A DNA stretch of 64,000 nucleotides from Selaginella moellendorffii (GCF_000143415.4 NW_003314262.1:2115046-2179045); one strand, 5' to 3'; shown: positions 13,150 through 25,989, counted from the stretch's first letter. A program made the numbers and translations. Notes: generated by a model from the letters alone, not told the origin.

Positions 13150-15300
13150 TACTACATGAGCTAACTAGGAGTGAGAATTGTAGTTAACTAAAGATAATTG
13201 GTGCATAAATTTGAACTTATCTCCAAAACTAATAAACTCATTAGAGTTCTTCTAATCATTTCTTAATATTCAAATGATATAACCATTGGGGAATTCAAAG
13301 CTAAAGTGAACATGGATGGACAAGTGGGGTAATCAAACAATTACAAATCTATAAACAATTCACAATTACTCAAATAACATTATTTTCTCGAAAGGTCTTG
13401 GATAAACTTAATAAAGTCTATTATGCTATTCCATTTATTCTAAAGTACATATAAAGGATGATACAGGCTAATGAATTTTTGATAATCAATTTTGACCACT
13501 TGGCAGGTTAAACAACCATAATTATACTTTTTAATATCTAATTTCATCCTAAGTTAAAAGAAATGCCTTTTCACCAATATATATGTCCTTAATACCCCTG
13601 GATGCCTAGCACTTGGCACATCATAATATTTAACTAAAATCCATTTGATGAGTTTATCAACACGAAAAACTATAACACATCCTTTCTTCACCATAATTCC
13701 ATCTCATATCTTGAATGACATAAACTTGTCACCCTTCAATTTGTAGAGACATCCTTTAATAAAACCTTTTTATGAATATCAGTGATAAAAGAGTTGAAGT
13801 CAATAAACTCTTTAAGCTTATTTAATAGATCATTAGATAGTTTTATGAATAAGATAAAATTCACCATCCTAGATAATGCATCAATCACTTCATTATTATG
13901 TCTATGCTTGTATCAAATTTTAACAAATATTTCCTACATAAACTTTTGCGAATGAGTAAGGCAACCTTAAAGATCCTTTTGACAATAGATATAGTGAAGA
14001 GACTAATGGTTTAAATCCATATAGAAGTTTGATCCATACCACCATTCCTTCACAATAGCAATTATAGCATACAACTCTTTATCTCAAGTAAGTTAATTTT
14101 ATTGTGTGGTATTAAACTTGTGGCTTCTGTACGTGCGAGGATGCTCAACATGAAACAATATAACCTTAATAGCAATGTCACTCACATCTATCTCAACCAC
14201 AAGAGGTTTAATCACTAACTCTAAAGCATTAATCAATTGAGTATTACTATCTTGACAATGTCTTTCACATTGCCACCAACTTTAATATGTAGAACATTGC
14301 ATTCCCAATCAATCCTTGGCTTCTTATCATAAAATTATTCTTTCCTAAGAATAACATTTGTGTTACCAAGATTTATTACTTGGAATGAAGGATGGCTAAG
14401 AATCCTTTGAACTGTTAAAAGAACACTTGAAACCCATTCACTATAAATACGAGTGTTGCATCTATCCACTATAACTATCTTGTAAATTCTTTTCCACATG
14501 CAAACCTAATTTCTTTACCACCTTAGAGCTCAAAAAGTTGTGTGTAGTACCTAGCTCAAAAAGAATACTAACCACTCTACCTTGATATCCCTCTTGGCTT
14601 TCATAAATTGATTACATATAAAACCATTGAGCTTTACATAGTTGATATATGCTTTATTTCATTAAAGTGGAACTTTTCATTATCCCACTTATGGTGTGTG
14701 GCCACATGCCATTTTTATAACAACAATAAAAAATTGAAGTTTTAGATTTATAATTTATAAATTAAAAACTTTTCATATGATTTTGTGTTATAATATTGTG
14801 AAATATAAAAAAATAAATTAAAAAACTGATAGAAATATTAATAAATATTAATTAAGTACTAGGAAATGGCATGTGGACACATGCTAATTAATGTCCCACT
14901 TTACTGAATAAGTCCCACTTTAACGAAATAAAGCATATATGAACTTAAGACTTAGGTTTTTGAAATTTTATCATGAAGTGTGTGGAAGAGATATTATAAT
15001 AAATGCTTAAGCTATGCCTATAATGGATTCCATCACATTCACCTTAATATTTTTTTACCCCTTCAGAATAATCCTTGCCTTGATATCCAACTTTGTGGCA
15101 ACAAAAACAATTACCCTCCACCTTCTCTTTCTCTTATTAATCCAAACAAAGTCTCTTAACCTTATTGCTATCTTTATTTTCTGAGCCATGACGTGATAAT
15201 AGTTGTTTCTTCCCTGAATATGAAGCATTAGTTGACTAGTAACCAAAAATAATGACTTAATATATAATCCATAAAAATTTGAATATAAAAAGAAAGGGCT
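13150..15300 (-). mobile_element. Highly decayed Ty3/gypsy relic (protease - RNase H - integrase remnants; RT apparently deleted)
   Basis: Minus strand: LFELGTTHNFL (~14532-14564; protease DSGATHNF-like), KPRIDW (~14300-14323), PLVVEIDVS (~14180-14206; RNase H ETDAS-like), YKHRHNNEVIDALS (~13870-13912). AT-rich and CpG-depleted; boundaries uncertain. Confidence 0.6.
14651..14934. mobile_element. 284-bp MITE, a non-autonomous relative of the 39606-57960 DNA transposon
   Basis: Termini GCTTTATTTCATTAAAGTGGAA...TCCCACTTTAACGAAATAAAGC match the large element's TIRs (GCTCTATTTCGTTAAAGTGGGA). Flanked by ATAT/ATAT. Shares the asymmetric subterminal TCCCACTT repeats and has two 22-bp palindromes (14691-14712, 14866-14887). 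Confidence 0.85.
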
Positions 15301-17214
15301 TATAGATAAAAATGCACCTCATTGATTAAAGGTTTTGGGATATTTGGTTAAATATATTTGAATTTAAATAGAGTATTGGGTTAAATGACCTTCTAGAAAG
15401 TTCAAATTTAAGAACTTACAATTATTATATTAACTACCCTATAGACCATCCTATTGACTAAATTTGACTAAGTTGACTAGTGGTTTAGGCAAAAAGATCT
15501 GTGCCTTAGTGATAGTATTATTCAATGTTGCTAAAAAATCTTTTATAACCTTCTACTATACATTTACTAAGCTCAAACCTTTGATAAAACATTACACTTT
15601 TAGCAGCTTATTATAAGTGCCCATAAGACTAAGGCAAAAATTAAAGAATTTACAAGTATACACATCCAAAGACAAAGTCCTTTATATGATTTCTAACAGC
15701 TGATTTATGAGATCAACCTCTTCAAACTTCTTGATAAATGAAGCACAAAAAACTTTCATCAAATCACTCTAAAAAGTTGGCTTTTAATTAACTTTGATGT
15801 AGTTCTTCCATCATGAAGAAACATGATCTGTAAACTTCATTACAAAAAAAATTAATCTTCACATTGTCTTCACAAAGGTTGTAAGATCAACAACTTTCTC
15901 ACAACTCCAAACAATAATCAACCTTTTAGTTTTTTTTTTAGAAAAAAAACATTTGATGATGACTTCCATTCCACAATACCATAATCCTTTGCATATTTAA
16001 TATATCAATAGTAATCATGGAAATGAGATTGATTTAACCTTTAAGGGTCTAAATCTTTAATGAAATTGATAAAATCCTTAACCCCTTTAATGCCACTTTG
16101 AACTTTAGTAATTTAGCATCTTTGTTGCATAATGAAATTATCAAGAGTCTCTTTTATAGCCATCATTATTAATGCTATACCTCTCATTATGATCAATATC
16201 CCACTTATTTGCCATCCCCAAAAGAATATACTTCTCCAATACCAATGAAACAAATAAGGAGGCCAAACTCACAAAAGTGTTAAATCCCAGGTCATAGGAT
16301 ATTCTTAAAATATTTTTATGGTTTGTGTCAGTTAAGCCCATGGAATGGATAATCTTGTCTTAGAGAAACAAAACTATAGTATAGGTGGCATTAAATTACC
16401 AATGAAATAGTGAGAATGAACATTGTTTTAGTATAAAAGATTGGTATATTAATAGTGCCTTTGGGTGGTTGAAATAAAACTTAAACACATAAAACATTTA
16501 GACCAAATGTAAAATCAATGTAACTTTTAGGGTTTCAATAAAGTTGAGTGAAACTGCATTTTGTCCATGATTGTAGGAGGCATCAATTCTAATGGTAAGG
16601 CAATTTGGATTCATTGGAATCCTGGATTGTGGTACCAAAGGCAAAAGATTGAAGGAAGAAATCCAGTGTATGAGCTATATGTTACTGATCATCAAACTTT
16701 TTTTTACACCACAAATCAGCTTGATTGGAGGGGCCTTCCAATTCTCTCTCTGTTGTTGTCTCGGGCCTCACCAGAGTTAAAGCTCTGTATAGGATGAGAT
16801 GAGACATGAAAGAATGCTAGAGCTCCTGGTCAGGGCACCATAGGTCCCCCTTAGCACGCTTGAACTGTTAGTCCCTTGCTTGCATCAGTCAACTCAGGTC
16901 ACACTTGGTCCTGATGATCTCCCAATCCTTTCCTGGCTGCACTAAGTTTTAGCGCGGGGAGTGGTTTGGAGACACTTCCCGAGCACTCTACGACTCGGCC
17001 TTTGTGCCCAGTGTGGAAAAGATGTTCCACGAGATGCCATCTGCTGGAAGATCTCACGAAGCACTTGTGCAACAAGACGAAACGCCCTGAGCGCCACCAA
17101 AATTAGTGCCGCGCCTAAACGAGATGAATGTGTGTATCAGAAAACGACATCTGACTCGAATGATAAGGAGCTACTGATATTATCTCACGAACCCTAAGGT
17201 CCCTGGAGGAGCAA

Positions 17215-18769
17215 TTATGCAGGAATCAGAAGGTGCTCCTCGATTCTTGGAGAGGCAACAAGCAGGAGCTCTGAAGCCAAGTGCGAGGTCACTGTTCCCT
17301 TGTCCTCTTCCAGACAGATTTTTCCTTCGGGGTTCCAGTTGAAGGCTTGTAATAGTGAAGCCAGAACGAAACCCATTGAACGCAGCGCCAGAGGGTAGCC
17401 TGGGCACCTCCTTCGGCCTGCTGAGAAGGGAATGACGTTGAAGTTCTGACCAATTATGCCGGCTTGGTTCTTCAAGAAACGCTCCGGTCTAAACACCTCA
17501 GGCTCGCTCCAGTATGTCTGGTCACGGCCTATTGCCCAGATGTTGATGAGCATTGTGCATCCTGCTGGGATTCTATAACCATTTACCATCGCCTCTTTCC
17601 GGCTGAAATGAGGAAGGGCCAACGGTAACGGAGGATGCAGACGAAGAGTCTCTTTGACAATGGCTTCAATGTAAGGCAAGCTCATAAGATCGCTCTCTTC
17701 AACAAGCCGGCCTTTTCCAATCACTTTGTCAAGTTCATCCTGGGCTTTCTTCACGACTTGAGGATTGTTGGCTATTTCAGCCATCATCCATTCGAGTGCT
17801 GAGATGGTCGTCTCCAGCGCTGCAGCAATCATATCCTACCAAACAAGAACAAGTTCAGGACTTCCCGGTAAGAGCAAAGGTGGTCTAATGCGACAATCTA
17901 CTTACCGCTAGTAATGCCACAATGGAGATGTCTTCTAGAGCATCTTCCTTCTCTAGCGAGATGAGGACGTCCGTGAAGTCCTTCGGAACGAACTTGTCCG
18001 AGCCGACTTGAGCTTTGTTCAGCTTGTGTTCCTCGATTATGTCGTCAATTATAGCTTTCAGTGGTGGGAGGAACTTGTTTTGCATTTTCGCATTCATCCC
18101 ATGCAGATCGAACCGATCCAGTGCGGGAATGAGCTGCCCCACATTCAAGTTCAGAGCCTGAGACGACATCTGATCAAGGATTCCCACGGCTGCTTCCAAG
18201 CCTTTCTTGCCAAAGAGTGTCAGGCTGGTGTTACCAGAAACATAATTCCCCATAATCTTTCGCACCCTGACAGGCTTCCCTTGTTTGTGGCACTGGAGAA
18301 TTGACTGGATTGCAATCTGAAGCTCGGACCTCCTATAATCCGTGCTTGAATTGACCATTTTGTTGCTGAACAGATGCATCACGCTTATCTTTCTCATCCT
18401 CTTCCACAAATTGCCGTAAGGTCCAAATACCATGTCCTTCCAGTCGAAGCTGAAGAGCCTGAAGTACTCAGACCTCCCCCGATCAGCAAACTCCACATCG
18501 TGGACCTTGAACACCACCTCTGCTGTTCTTGCATCGTTGACCACCAGGAAGGGCACCATCCCAATTTTCAGGTAAATGAGAGGCCCATATCTCCTGCTCA
18601 GCTCAGCGAAGTGCCTGTGGAGTGGCTGCCGAAGACTGAAGAGCGATCCCACAATGGGAAAAGAAGGCGGACCTGGAGGCAAAGATTTAGAGCACAAGAA
18701 GCGGTAGCAAAACAATCCAAGTGCAGGAAACCCAAGAGTTGAGAGCAAAAAATGATCCATTTCCTTCAT
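17215..18769 (-). CDS. Cytochrome P450, CYP71 clan (2 exons: 18769-17906, 17835-17215)
   Basis: N-terminal anchor plus PPGPPSFPIVGSL, K-helix KETLRLHPP, PERF, heme motif PFSAGRRRCPG. GT-AG intron at 17836-17905 in the typical A-type P450 position. Confidence 0.95.
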
Positions 18770-19049
18770 ACCATGAAGAGCAAGACGCCTTTCGATTATA
18801 TACCAAATAGCAACTCAGATTCCCCTCACTAAGGACGCTTAAAGTCAGACGCTTGAAGGAATATGGGTGTAGCAGCAGGATCATTCGCATCTATTCATTT
18901 GTGTCGTCTTCACTTACGGGTTTTTTTTTATCAACTCTTCCATTATAATAAAAGTTTTATGGACATCGCAATCTTATGTCATGCCAGCATAAGCACTTAG
19001 CTAGATAAAATACATCATTGAGAGCTCCTCCATTGGACTCTCCATCTCT

Positions 19050-19640
19050 GTGACAATGACGTTCCCTAGCATCACAAAGCAATGCCAGCATTTATCGCGA
19101 GAGTTACTACTCAAATGGATCCATGGGAGAGTCAAGGTGGTGGACTTCTATGCTTGTTTCTCCAGGAAAATCTTGGTTGCTAGCAAGGATTGATTTGTTC
19201 CCATGTTGTTTTTTGTTCTTCCCCATATGAGCGCATATGGAAACTACATGTTTTTGGGGTCATTGGGTGTCTAGCTGGAGCCATGAGACAACAAATTGCC
19301 ATGTTTTCCATTCTTTCTTTGAAAACAATTTCTTTCTGGACAACCTGGTCACCGGTATTTTAGTGAATGCAAAAGGGTATTGGATATGGAACACCCATTT
19401 CCTTGTTTCCTGAATTGCTCTACTTACATAGTCATGCTACTGGAGGCCTCAAGTGGGCTTTTGATTCCTACAGGCTAGTTCCTTTATCTTTGCAGAGCTA
19501 ACTCCCAAAAGAACTTTTCACGTTGATGGAATTGGAAGGCGTGAAGTCAAGGTGCAGCATAGAGCAACATGGATTTTGCATGGAAACAAGTAGATGCTGG
19601 CAATCTGTTACTTTTGCATCTGTTGACAAGGTGCTGGTGC
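19050..19640 (+). pseudogene. Possible decayed PPR gene fragment
   Basis: KELFTLMELEGVKS at ~19508-19550 resembles the PLS-class PPR end motif (LFxxMxLEGVKP). No intact ORF. Confidence 0.35.
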
Positions 19641-20758
19641 TTAAAGAGAATGTTTGCTGTATTTAAGTTTATTTAGTGGTTTTCTTAAAGTATTTTGATA
19701 TTCTGGGATATTCTATTGTCTTATTAATTTTGGTATTTATAATCTATAACTTTCCTAAACACTTATTCTACCATTTAATAGTTGATATATAATAGCATTA
19801 ATCTTGTGTTTATAAATTATTAAATTTGGAAAGGCATATTTTTGGCTTGTATAGCTTTTACCCTAACATTATAAAGTATGAAAGTGTAGAGCTAGAAATA
19901 AACACTCACAACATGGTTACTAAAAGGAAGTTATATAGTTACTTAAAGAGATACTATATGGCTGTTTTTTATGGAGTATAATACAAAATTAAAAGTCAAA
20001 TGCAAATTTAAAGCTCTCACCAAACTTTATGGTAACATATAATTATAGTTTGGTAACATATAATTATTAAAAATATATATATATAATTTATCTTTATGTT
20101 TACCAATGTGTGATGCATACTAATTTGACTTCATATGAACTTCTCTACTTGTAAAAATGTTAAACTTCTCATAAGTGTCGTTAGATACAATGCACAACGA
20201 ATTTTTCTATACCAACAATAAAAATAACAAAAATAACTGCAGTATGCAGCTAGACATAACAGCCATATAATTATTATTAAACCAAACCAGTAGTGCAATA
20301 AATTATTTTAAATTAAAGACTTTGATGCAATATTATAAACTTATACATAGAGAACAAGTCTAAAATACCCAAAACTTTCAATAGAATTGGGGAGCTGATA
20401 GGCGACAAACTTGCTCCATAAGATCCTATACAAACATCACACATGAGCTCTGTGATCCTCACCAACTACTGGAGCCTTGTGGAGCGTATGGCTGGAGGTC
20501 TATATCTTTGAGCATCGAGTTCACTGAGTCCACAGAGTTCATGAGCGAGTTGCACCTGGTGATGGTGCTGCCAAAAGGAGGGGGTGGGGGCTGGAGTGTA
20601 CTTAGCCTAGTGTTCTCTAAGTAATCAGCTGTATGGTGTGAAAAGAAAAACCATTAAAGCACCTAATGTTGTGTTCAAATGTCGTAACTGCGATTAAGTG
20701 GTGCCATCAAGAGGGAACTTTATATGATCAAGAGGAAATTCCCAAAAGTGAGAGAAAA

Positions 20759-20832
20759 TTCCATTTCCAGGATTTGAACCCGGGTCGCCTGGGTGAAAGC
20801 CAGGTATCCTGACCGGACTAGACGACAATGGA
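20759..20832 (-). tRNA. tRNA-Glu (anticodon UUC)
   Basis: Minus strand TCCATTGTCGTCTAGTCCGGTCAGGATACCTGGCTTTCACCCAGGCGACCCGGGTTCAAATCCTGGAAATGGAA: anticodon stem CCTGG/CCAGG, T-loop GTTCAAATC, followed by TTTT. One acceptor-stem mismatch (G7:A66) and a G:U pair in the T stem. Confidence 0.9.
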
Positions 20833-21009
20833 TTACAAAATCTTGCTTAAATTACAAACGCATTGAAATTTGCAGGAGAAGCGCCAAAACCTTGCATTTC
20901 AAATTTTGGGGTTAGGGTTTATTCTGGGCGAGGTGAGCGCCACGCGATCGCGGTCTCTGAATCTGCGAATGTTCGAACTGTAACAGTGACAAACCAGGTA
21001 CAATCTCGA

Positions 21010-23349
21010 CTAGTGATGGTCTTTGTCGACTTCTTCTAAAGCTAAGCTGATAAGTTCTTCCATCGCTTGAGCATGCAGTGTTAATCCCATCGCTCCTGAG
21101 AAAGTGATGAAGTTGTCCACGTCTGAGATGGTATCAAGCATCCTTTGCAGCTGTTCTTTCATTCCCTGGGCTCTGAACGCGCGGATAAAGTAGCCATCTC
21201 TCTTCATCAGCGCCAGAGCAAGCTCCACAGTGTGCCGTCGAGTTCTAGGCAGCTCCAGGGACGCTTCATGAAAGGTTAAGTTCATGACTTTAGAGACTAG
21301 TTCTTTTCTGCCGTTCGAAAGAATTTCTGTGCTAACGGGCACTGTTGATGCAGCTAGACCAAGGAAAGCTTCCAGCTGCTTTCCATGAGCTTGGGTGATT
21401 TCTTGGAGGAGCCAAGAAGTTTCACTGGCGATTTCTAGTTGCTCGTCGTGACAGAGGTATGGCCAGATACTTCTCAATATGTTCCCTGCACAGGCACTTA
21501 CATCTTGGTTCCCAGCTTTGAGAATGGCGATGAAGCTTTCGAGCATTTGATGTGATCTTATAACTCGGGAGGAGTTTTTGGAGCTCTTCAGGACTAAAAG
21601 GTACACAGCCTCTCCAGCCTTTAAGCGCACTGTGAATTCGATGCCTTCTTGATCGTGTTCGTCTTTAAGAAATAGAGCTAGAAGGCTGTGAACTAGCCCG
21701 CCAGTTCCTGCTATGTTCTCCTTGATGCCATCATCTAATGCCAGGCTTGTGATGATGTCCACAGCTAGACCCCGGAGAACTGGATGAGCTCCACAGTGCT
21801 GAAGAACATCTCGCAAGTTCGGTAACGTAAAGACAATTTTTGTGATGTCACGTTTGAGCGCCCTCCCGTGTTCTCCTTTTGTCGACACTAGCCTTTGAAG
21901 CAGCTGGAGTGTCTTTTTGAGAATTTTCTTCTGGCTTTTCTGGCCCAGTGCTTTTTCTCTGCCTTTGATCTCTATGTTTGCTACGAGAATGGAGAGTAGA
22001 CCCCGAGTATTTCCTATCTGAACGCAGTTCTTGTCGTCCTTTGCCAGAGTCTTGAGCATTCTCAACCCATGCAACGTGAGTTCGCTATTGTCAAACTCCA
22101 GTTCTTCATCGCTATCTCCCTCATCCAGAAGCAAAGTTAGAATACCTTCCAGTGCTCCAGCAATTGCCATCACCCGAAAGCTGTTGCTCTTGTGGATTAC
22201 AAGTTGGCATAGAATTTTCGATGCAGATCTTCTGATTTCTTTTTCCTGCCTGTTCCTCCAGGTGATCATTTCCAGAAGGCGCTCGGTGACTCCAGGTGTT
22301 GTGCCAACCGTCCGTAAGGTGTCCTCCAAGAACTGCTCCTGCGTAATCAACGTCGAGAGCATGAGAACGCCACCGAGCTGCTCGTTTCCGCTGTTGGACT
22401 GGATTTTCGCAATGCTGTAAGTTACCAGATCCAAGTTTAGTCCGACAAAAATGCTTTCTTTCAGGCATTTCGAGTAGACGTCGTAAAAGAACTGGCGAAT
22501 GAAGTCCAAGAGGTCCTCGCCAAGCTGTGACTTTCTGGCTACTTTCACCAAAAGCTCCTTCATTCTGAGGTTGTACTCCAAGTAAGCTCGCTCCGCCAGG
22601 AAAATGGAGGCCTCGACGAGTGACAAGGAGTAGAAGATGTTGAGGCCGGAGCCGAGATTTGTTCGCACCTGGTTGCTGCTGCTGCTGCTTCTGCTGATGA
22701 CATAATCTTGCTGGATGAGGCGTGCCAGAGAGAAACCGATCGTGACAACGGCCGAGGCCAACTGAAGGACATGGAGGATGAAACTTATGCGACGGGCTGA
22801 GAAGTAACGGTGGGAGTAAGGGACGAGAGGAACAGTGTTCCAGGACCAGGTCCTCTTGACATGAAAGCCATCGAAGTTCACTGGAGCAGGAACTCGGAGA
22901 CGACAAGCGTCAGAAGCAAAACTTTCATCACCTCGATCGGAGCTTTGCTGCTGCTCGCCGGGGATCACATGTATGTTGCTGAGAGCCGACCGGATCGCTA
23001 GCAGTGTGTTCGAGCTTGCCGACTTGAGCTTGGAGTGGAGCCGGACAGAGCCTCCCGCTGCGTGCTGCCATTCCAGCTCGTGACTTCGGCTGAAAACTCG
23101 AGTTCCTTCAGTGAGCAGCAGCGCGGAGACGACCCAGAAATCAAAAGGCTTGATATTGGTGACGAATCCACCGAGAAGAACCACCGTCGCCCACACAAAG
23201 GCTAACACTCCGAGACCTGTTGCTGCCTTTTCGAGAATCGCCAGCCTCAGTGCGACTATAGTCAGCTCTTGCTCCGGTGCCAGGATCATTGTTCCCGATG
23301 ATCGTGATCCTGTTTGAGATATCTCCACCTCAGGAGGAGAAGCCATCAT
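21010..23349 (-). CDS. BLE2-like / ARM-repeat superfamily membrane protein (intronless)
   Basis: Open frame of ~780 aa from the first ATG at 23349. Family signature LRLAILEKAATGLGVLAFVWATVVLLGGF...DFW...EGTRVFSRSHELEWQH, then FFYDVYSKC and ARM-like helical repeats. Confidence 0.9.
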   Translation of the reverse strand: MMASPPEVEISQTGSRSSGTMILAPEQELTIVALRLAILEKAATGLGVLAFVWATVVLLGGFVTNIKPFDFWVVSALLLTEGTRVFSRSHELEWQHAAGGSVRLHSKLKSASSNTLLAIRSALSNIHVIPGEQQQSSDRGDESFASDACRLRVPAPVNFDGFHVKRTWSWNTVPLVPYSHRYFSARRISFILHVLQLASAVVTIGFSLARLIQQDYVISRSSSSSNQVRTNLGSGLNIFYSLSLVEASIFLAERAYLEYNLRMKELLVKVARKSQLGEDLLDFIRQFFYDVYSKCLKESIFVGLNLDLVTYSIAKIQSNSGNEQLGGVLMLSTLITQEQFLEDTLRTVGTTPGVTERLLEMITWRNRQEKEIRRSASKILCQLVIHKSNSFRVMAIAGALEGILTLLLDEGDSDEELEFDNSELTLHGLRMLKTLAKDDKNCVQIGNTRGLLSILVANIEIKGREKALGQKSQKKILKKTLQLLQRLVSTKGEHGRALKRDITKIVFTLPNLRDVLQHCGAHPVLRGLAVDIITSLALDDGIKENIAGTGGLVHSLLALFLKDEHDQEGIEFTVRLKAGEAVYLLVLKSSKNSSRVIRSHQMLESFIAILKAGNQDVSACAGNILRSIWPYLCHDEQLEIASETSWLLQEITQAHGKQLEAFLGLAASTVPVSTEILSNGRKELVSKVMNLTFHEASLELPRTRRHTVELALALMKRDGYFIRAFRAQGMKEQLQRMLDTISDVDNFITFSGAMGLTLHAQAMEELISLALEEVDKDHH

Positions 23350-23729
23350 GGAAGATGCAAAACTCTTCAAGCTCTAACCGGGAATATTTAAGCTACGCAA
23401 GGCTTTTGCTTGGCAGGGAATGAAGTTTTGGAGGGAGAGTGCTGGTGAAGGATCGTTGTTTCACAGTCGCTTCCAACTGAAGCAAGCCAGCCAATGACGA
23501 CGTGCTGAGACGTGCTACACTCGACGCAAGTAAGCGAGCTGGATTGATCAAAAAGGAAGCCGGACGTGGTTTATGCCAGGACGCTCGGGATGAACTATGA
23601 ACTACGTAAGATCCTTGAAGCAGTCATCGCACGAGACAGACAACTTGGTGAGTATTTTGTTTGCTCTTTCTTCTTTTGTTTGTCGTGCTCAACACAAGTA
23701 GCAACAGCTGACACTTGTGTTGCGTGATG

Positions 23730-24738
23730 CTAAGGAGTCAAATTCTCGCTCGAAATCCTCGTTTCACTCGGCACTTGAGGGTGGTGGCTGCCGAAGGCCT
23801 TCTTGAGGCTGCTTATAAAGTCCTTTCGGCCGCGATAGATGTCAACGTGGTGAGGAGGAACCAGGCAGTAGACCACGGCAACCAGCACAGTAGCAAAGTA
23901 AGGAGCAACCCACCATAGCCAGTGTCCTCGCCAGAGCTCCTCATTGTGGCTTCCCATGACAACGGCCGGGCCGATACACCTCGCCGGATTCATCCCCGCT
24001 CCAGAGTACCCCAGGGCAAGGCCTCCGGACACGAAGACCAGCACACCAACAGCGGCAGCGATGAAAGTTGGCGCCAGGATGGCTCCAAAGACCGGAGCTC
24101 GGAACGGGTCCAGTGCCAAAGTCGCGACGATGAACATGAGGAAGAAGGTGAAGAAGGTCTCGGCGACGAAGGCTGAGCCGACGGGAAATCCCGCTCCGGC
24201 CGAGTTTCGGATGGTGCAGCCTCCCAGCGCGAACTTGTGCGCTACTTCGTGCGGGAGGACGAGCTTCATGCACAGGGAGCCGAAGATGGAGCCGATGCAT
24301 TGAGCTCCCGTGTACATGACGACTCGGGAAGGGGAGACGTAGCCGAGCACCATGGCCATGAAGGTGATACAGGGATTGAGGTGGCCGCCGGAGGAGGGAG
24401 CCACCGAGAGTATGAGGAAGGAGATGACGAGGAAGTGGAGGACCGAGATGGCAGTCATGGGCGAGGCGCTTTGCTGCGAGCAGCTGACGATGATGAGGAT
24501 GCTGGCGAAGACGAAGGCTCCGGTTGCCAAGCACTCGACGAGACAGGATCGCCACACCTGGAGCAAGCACGAACTTGTGTGACGGGATTGAGAGAGAGAG
24601 GTGGAGTGGTTTTACCTCGGCGCTGGTGAAGTCTTGGAGCTGGAGGAACTTGGAGAGGATCTGGAGGGCCGAAGCTTGTCTGGAATGGTAGTGGGGGTGC
24701 TGGCTCTCCGGAGGCTCCATCCCGTCATACACGTCCAT
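23730..24738 (-). CDS. XIP: Aquaporin, XIP (X intrinsic protein) subfamily (exons 24738-24616, 24557-23730)
   Basis: MIP motifs SGGHLNPC (variant first NPA), LGGC in loop C and GAGMNPARC, the XIP-diagnostic combination. Phase-0 GT-AG intron at 24558-24615. Confidence 0.9.
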
Positions 24739-24854
24739 CACTCGCTCGCCGCCGCCATAGCTCAGAGGCCTGATCCGGGAGTTTCCAACGTCTAAAGTCA
24801 GCGAAGGCGTCTTTCGAAACAAGTCGAGGAAAGATTTATATGACTTGAGAGAAC

Positions 24855-24890
24855 AAGCAAAGCAAAGCAAAGCAAAGCAAGCAAGCAAGC
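24855..24890. repeat. (GCAAA)n/(GCAA)n microsatellite in the XIP-MinE divergent intergenic region
   Basis: aagcaaagcaaagcaaagcaaagcaagcaagcaagc. Confidence 0.8.
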
Positions 24891-25383
24891 GGTACGCACA
24901 TTTTCTTTGTCTTGCTTCTCTTTTCCTTTCTCTGTTCTTGATGATCCGTCCTCCAGGGGAGAGCCAAGCGATGGCGCGCTTAAGAAGAGCTCATCTTTGC
25001 TCGCGAGAGAGACAGAGACAACGAATGAGAAACGCGAGCGAGAGCGAAGAAAGGTATGGAGCTCTTTAATACATTCTTGGTCGGAGAAGCTTTTCTTGTT
25101 CCAGAGTGCCAGGGATTCCAACATTTTTGCGCCAAGGGTGGAAATTTTCCAGGCCGGGGTTTGGTGTGCTGTGGTACAGGGTCACGCAAAGCACACGCGG
25201 AGGCCACAAATTCATGATCTCTTAACAAACGCGAAAAAAGCGCCAAGCCTTTTTAAATTTAAACATGGAGAATATGCTGCTGATGCTTTCCATCTTGACC
25301 TAAACGGATATTCGGAGAATATAGAGGGCTGGATTCGAACCCCCAACGGCAAGGGCGCGTTCCAAGGTTTTGAATGCGCGGCT

Positions 25384-25989
25384 ATGGCGACGATGGGGAT
25401 GGCGCTCGACGGCGCCGGCGCCGCTAGGGCCAGCGCTGCTCGATTGTCGCGGCGCCTAGCTCCAGCGGAGGTGAGCGCGTCTGGTCTAGGTTCTTTCCGC
25501 GGAGCGAACATCTCCGGCGGCGGCGCGAGGTCGGGGATGAGATTTCCGCGAGCAGGGAAGGTTTTGGAGGATTTGAGCCTCTGCCAGGTCCTAGCGGAGA
25601 AATCCGCCAGCGGCGGCAGCAGCGGGGATGACAAGGTCGAAAAGGAGGGATTTTGGAGCAGGATAAGCAGGGCTTGGAAGATCTTGTTTCCTCCAAGGCA
25701 AGCCATGTCCAATGCGCAGCTTGCCAAGCGGAGGCTCAAGATGATCCTCATCTCCGACCGCTGCTCCGTCACCGACGAGGCCAAGCGCAAGATCCTTGAC
25801 AACATTGTGGGCGCTCTGGCCGACTTTGTGGAGATCGAGTCCGAGGACAAGGTCGAGCTCAACGTTTCCAGCAATTCCGAGCTTGGAACGCTCTACTATG
25901 TCACCGTACCCGTGCGAAGAGTGAGGCCAGAGTTTCAGGACTACAGCAAGGACATGGAAAGCTCATGGTGCTTGGAATCCTCTGGGTAA
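25384..25989 (+). CDS. MINE1: Plastid division topological specificity factor MinE
   Basis: Ala/Ser/Arg-rich transit peptide from ATG 25384, then AWKILFP...SNAQLAKRRLKMILISDRC...IVGALADFVEIESEDKVELNVS...YYVTVPVRRVRPEFQ. Confidence 0.93.
   Translation: MATMGMALDGAGAARASAARLSRRLAPAEVSASGLGSFRGANISGGGARSGMRFPRAGKVLEDLSLCQVLAEKSASGGSSGDDKVEKEGFWSRISRAWKILFPPRQAMSNAQLAKRRLKMILISDRCSVTDEAKRKILDNIVGALADFVEIESEDKVELNVSSNSELGTLYYVTVPVRRVRPEFQDYSKDMESSWCLESSG

Noticed and set aside
22121-22906. 261-aa alternate-frame ORF in the ARM gene, and similar overlapping ORFs over XIP, MinE, gag and the transposase
   Set aside because: Shadow ORFs of GC-rich or low-complexity coding sequence with no recognisable motifs.
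24907-25383. N-terminal extension of the 360-aa MinE ORF
   Set aside because: Begins at a non-ATG codon and crosses the promoter region; the transit peptide starts at ATG 25384.
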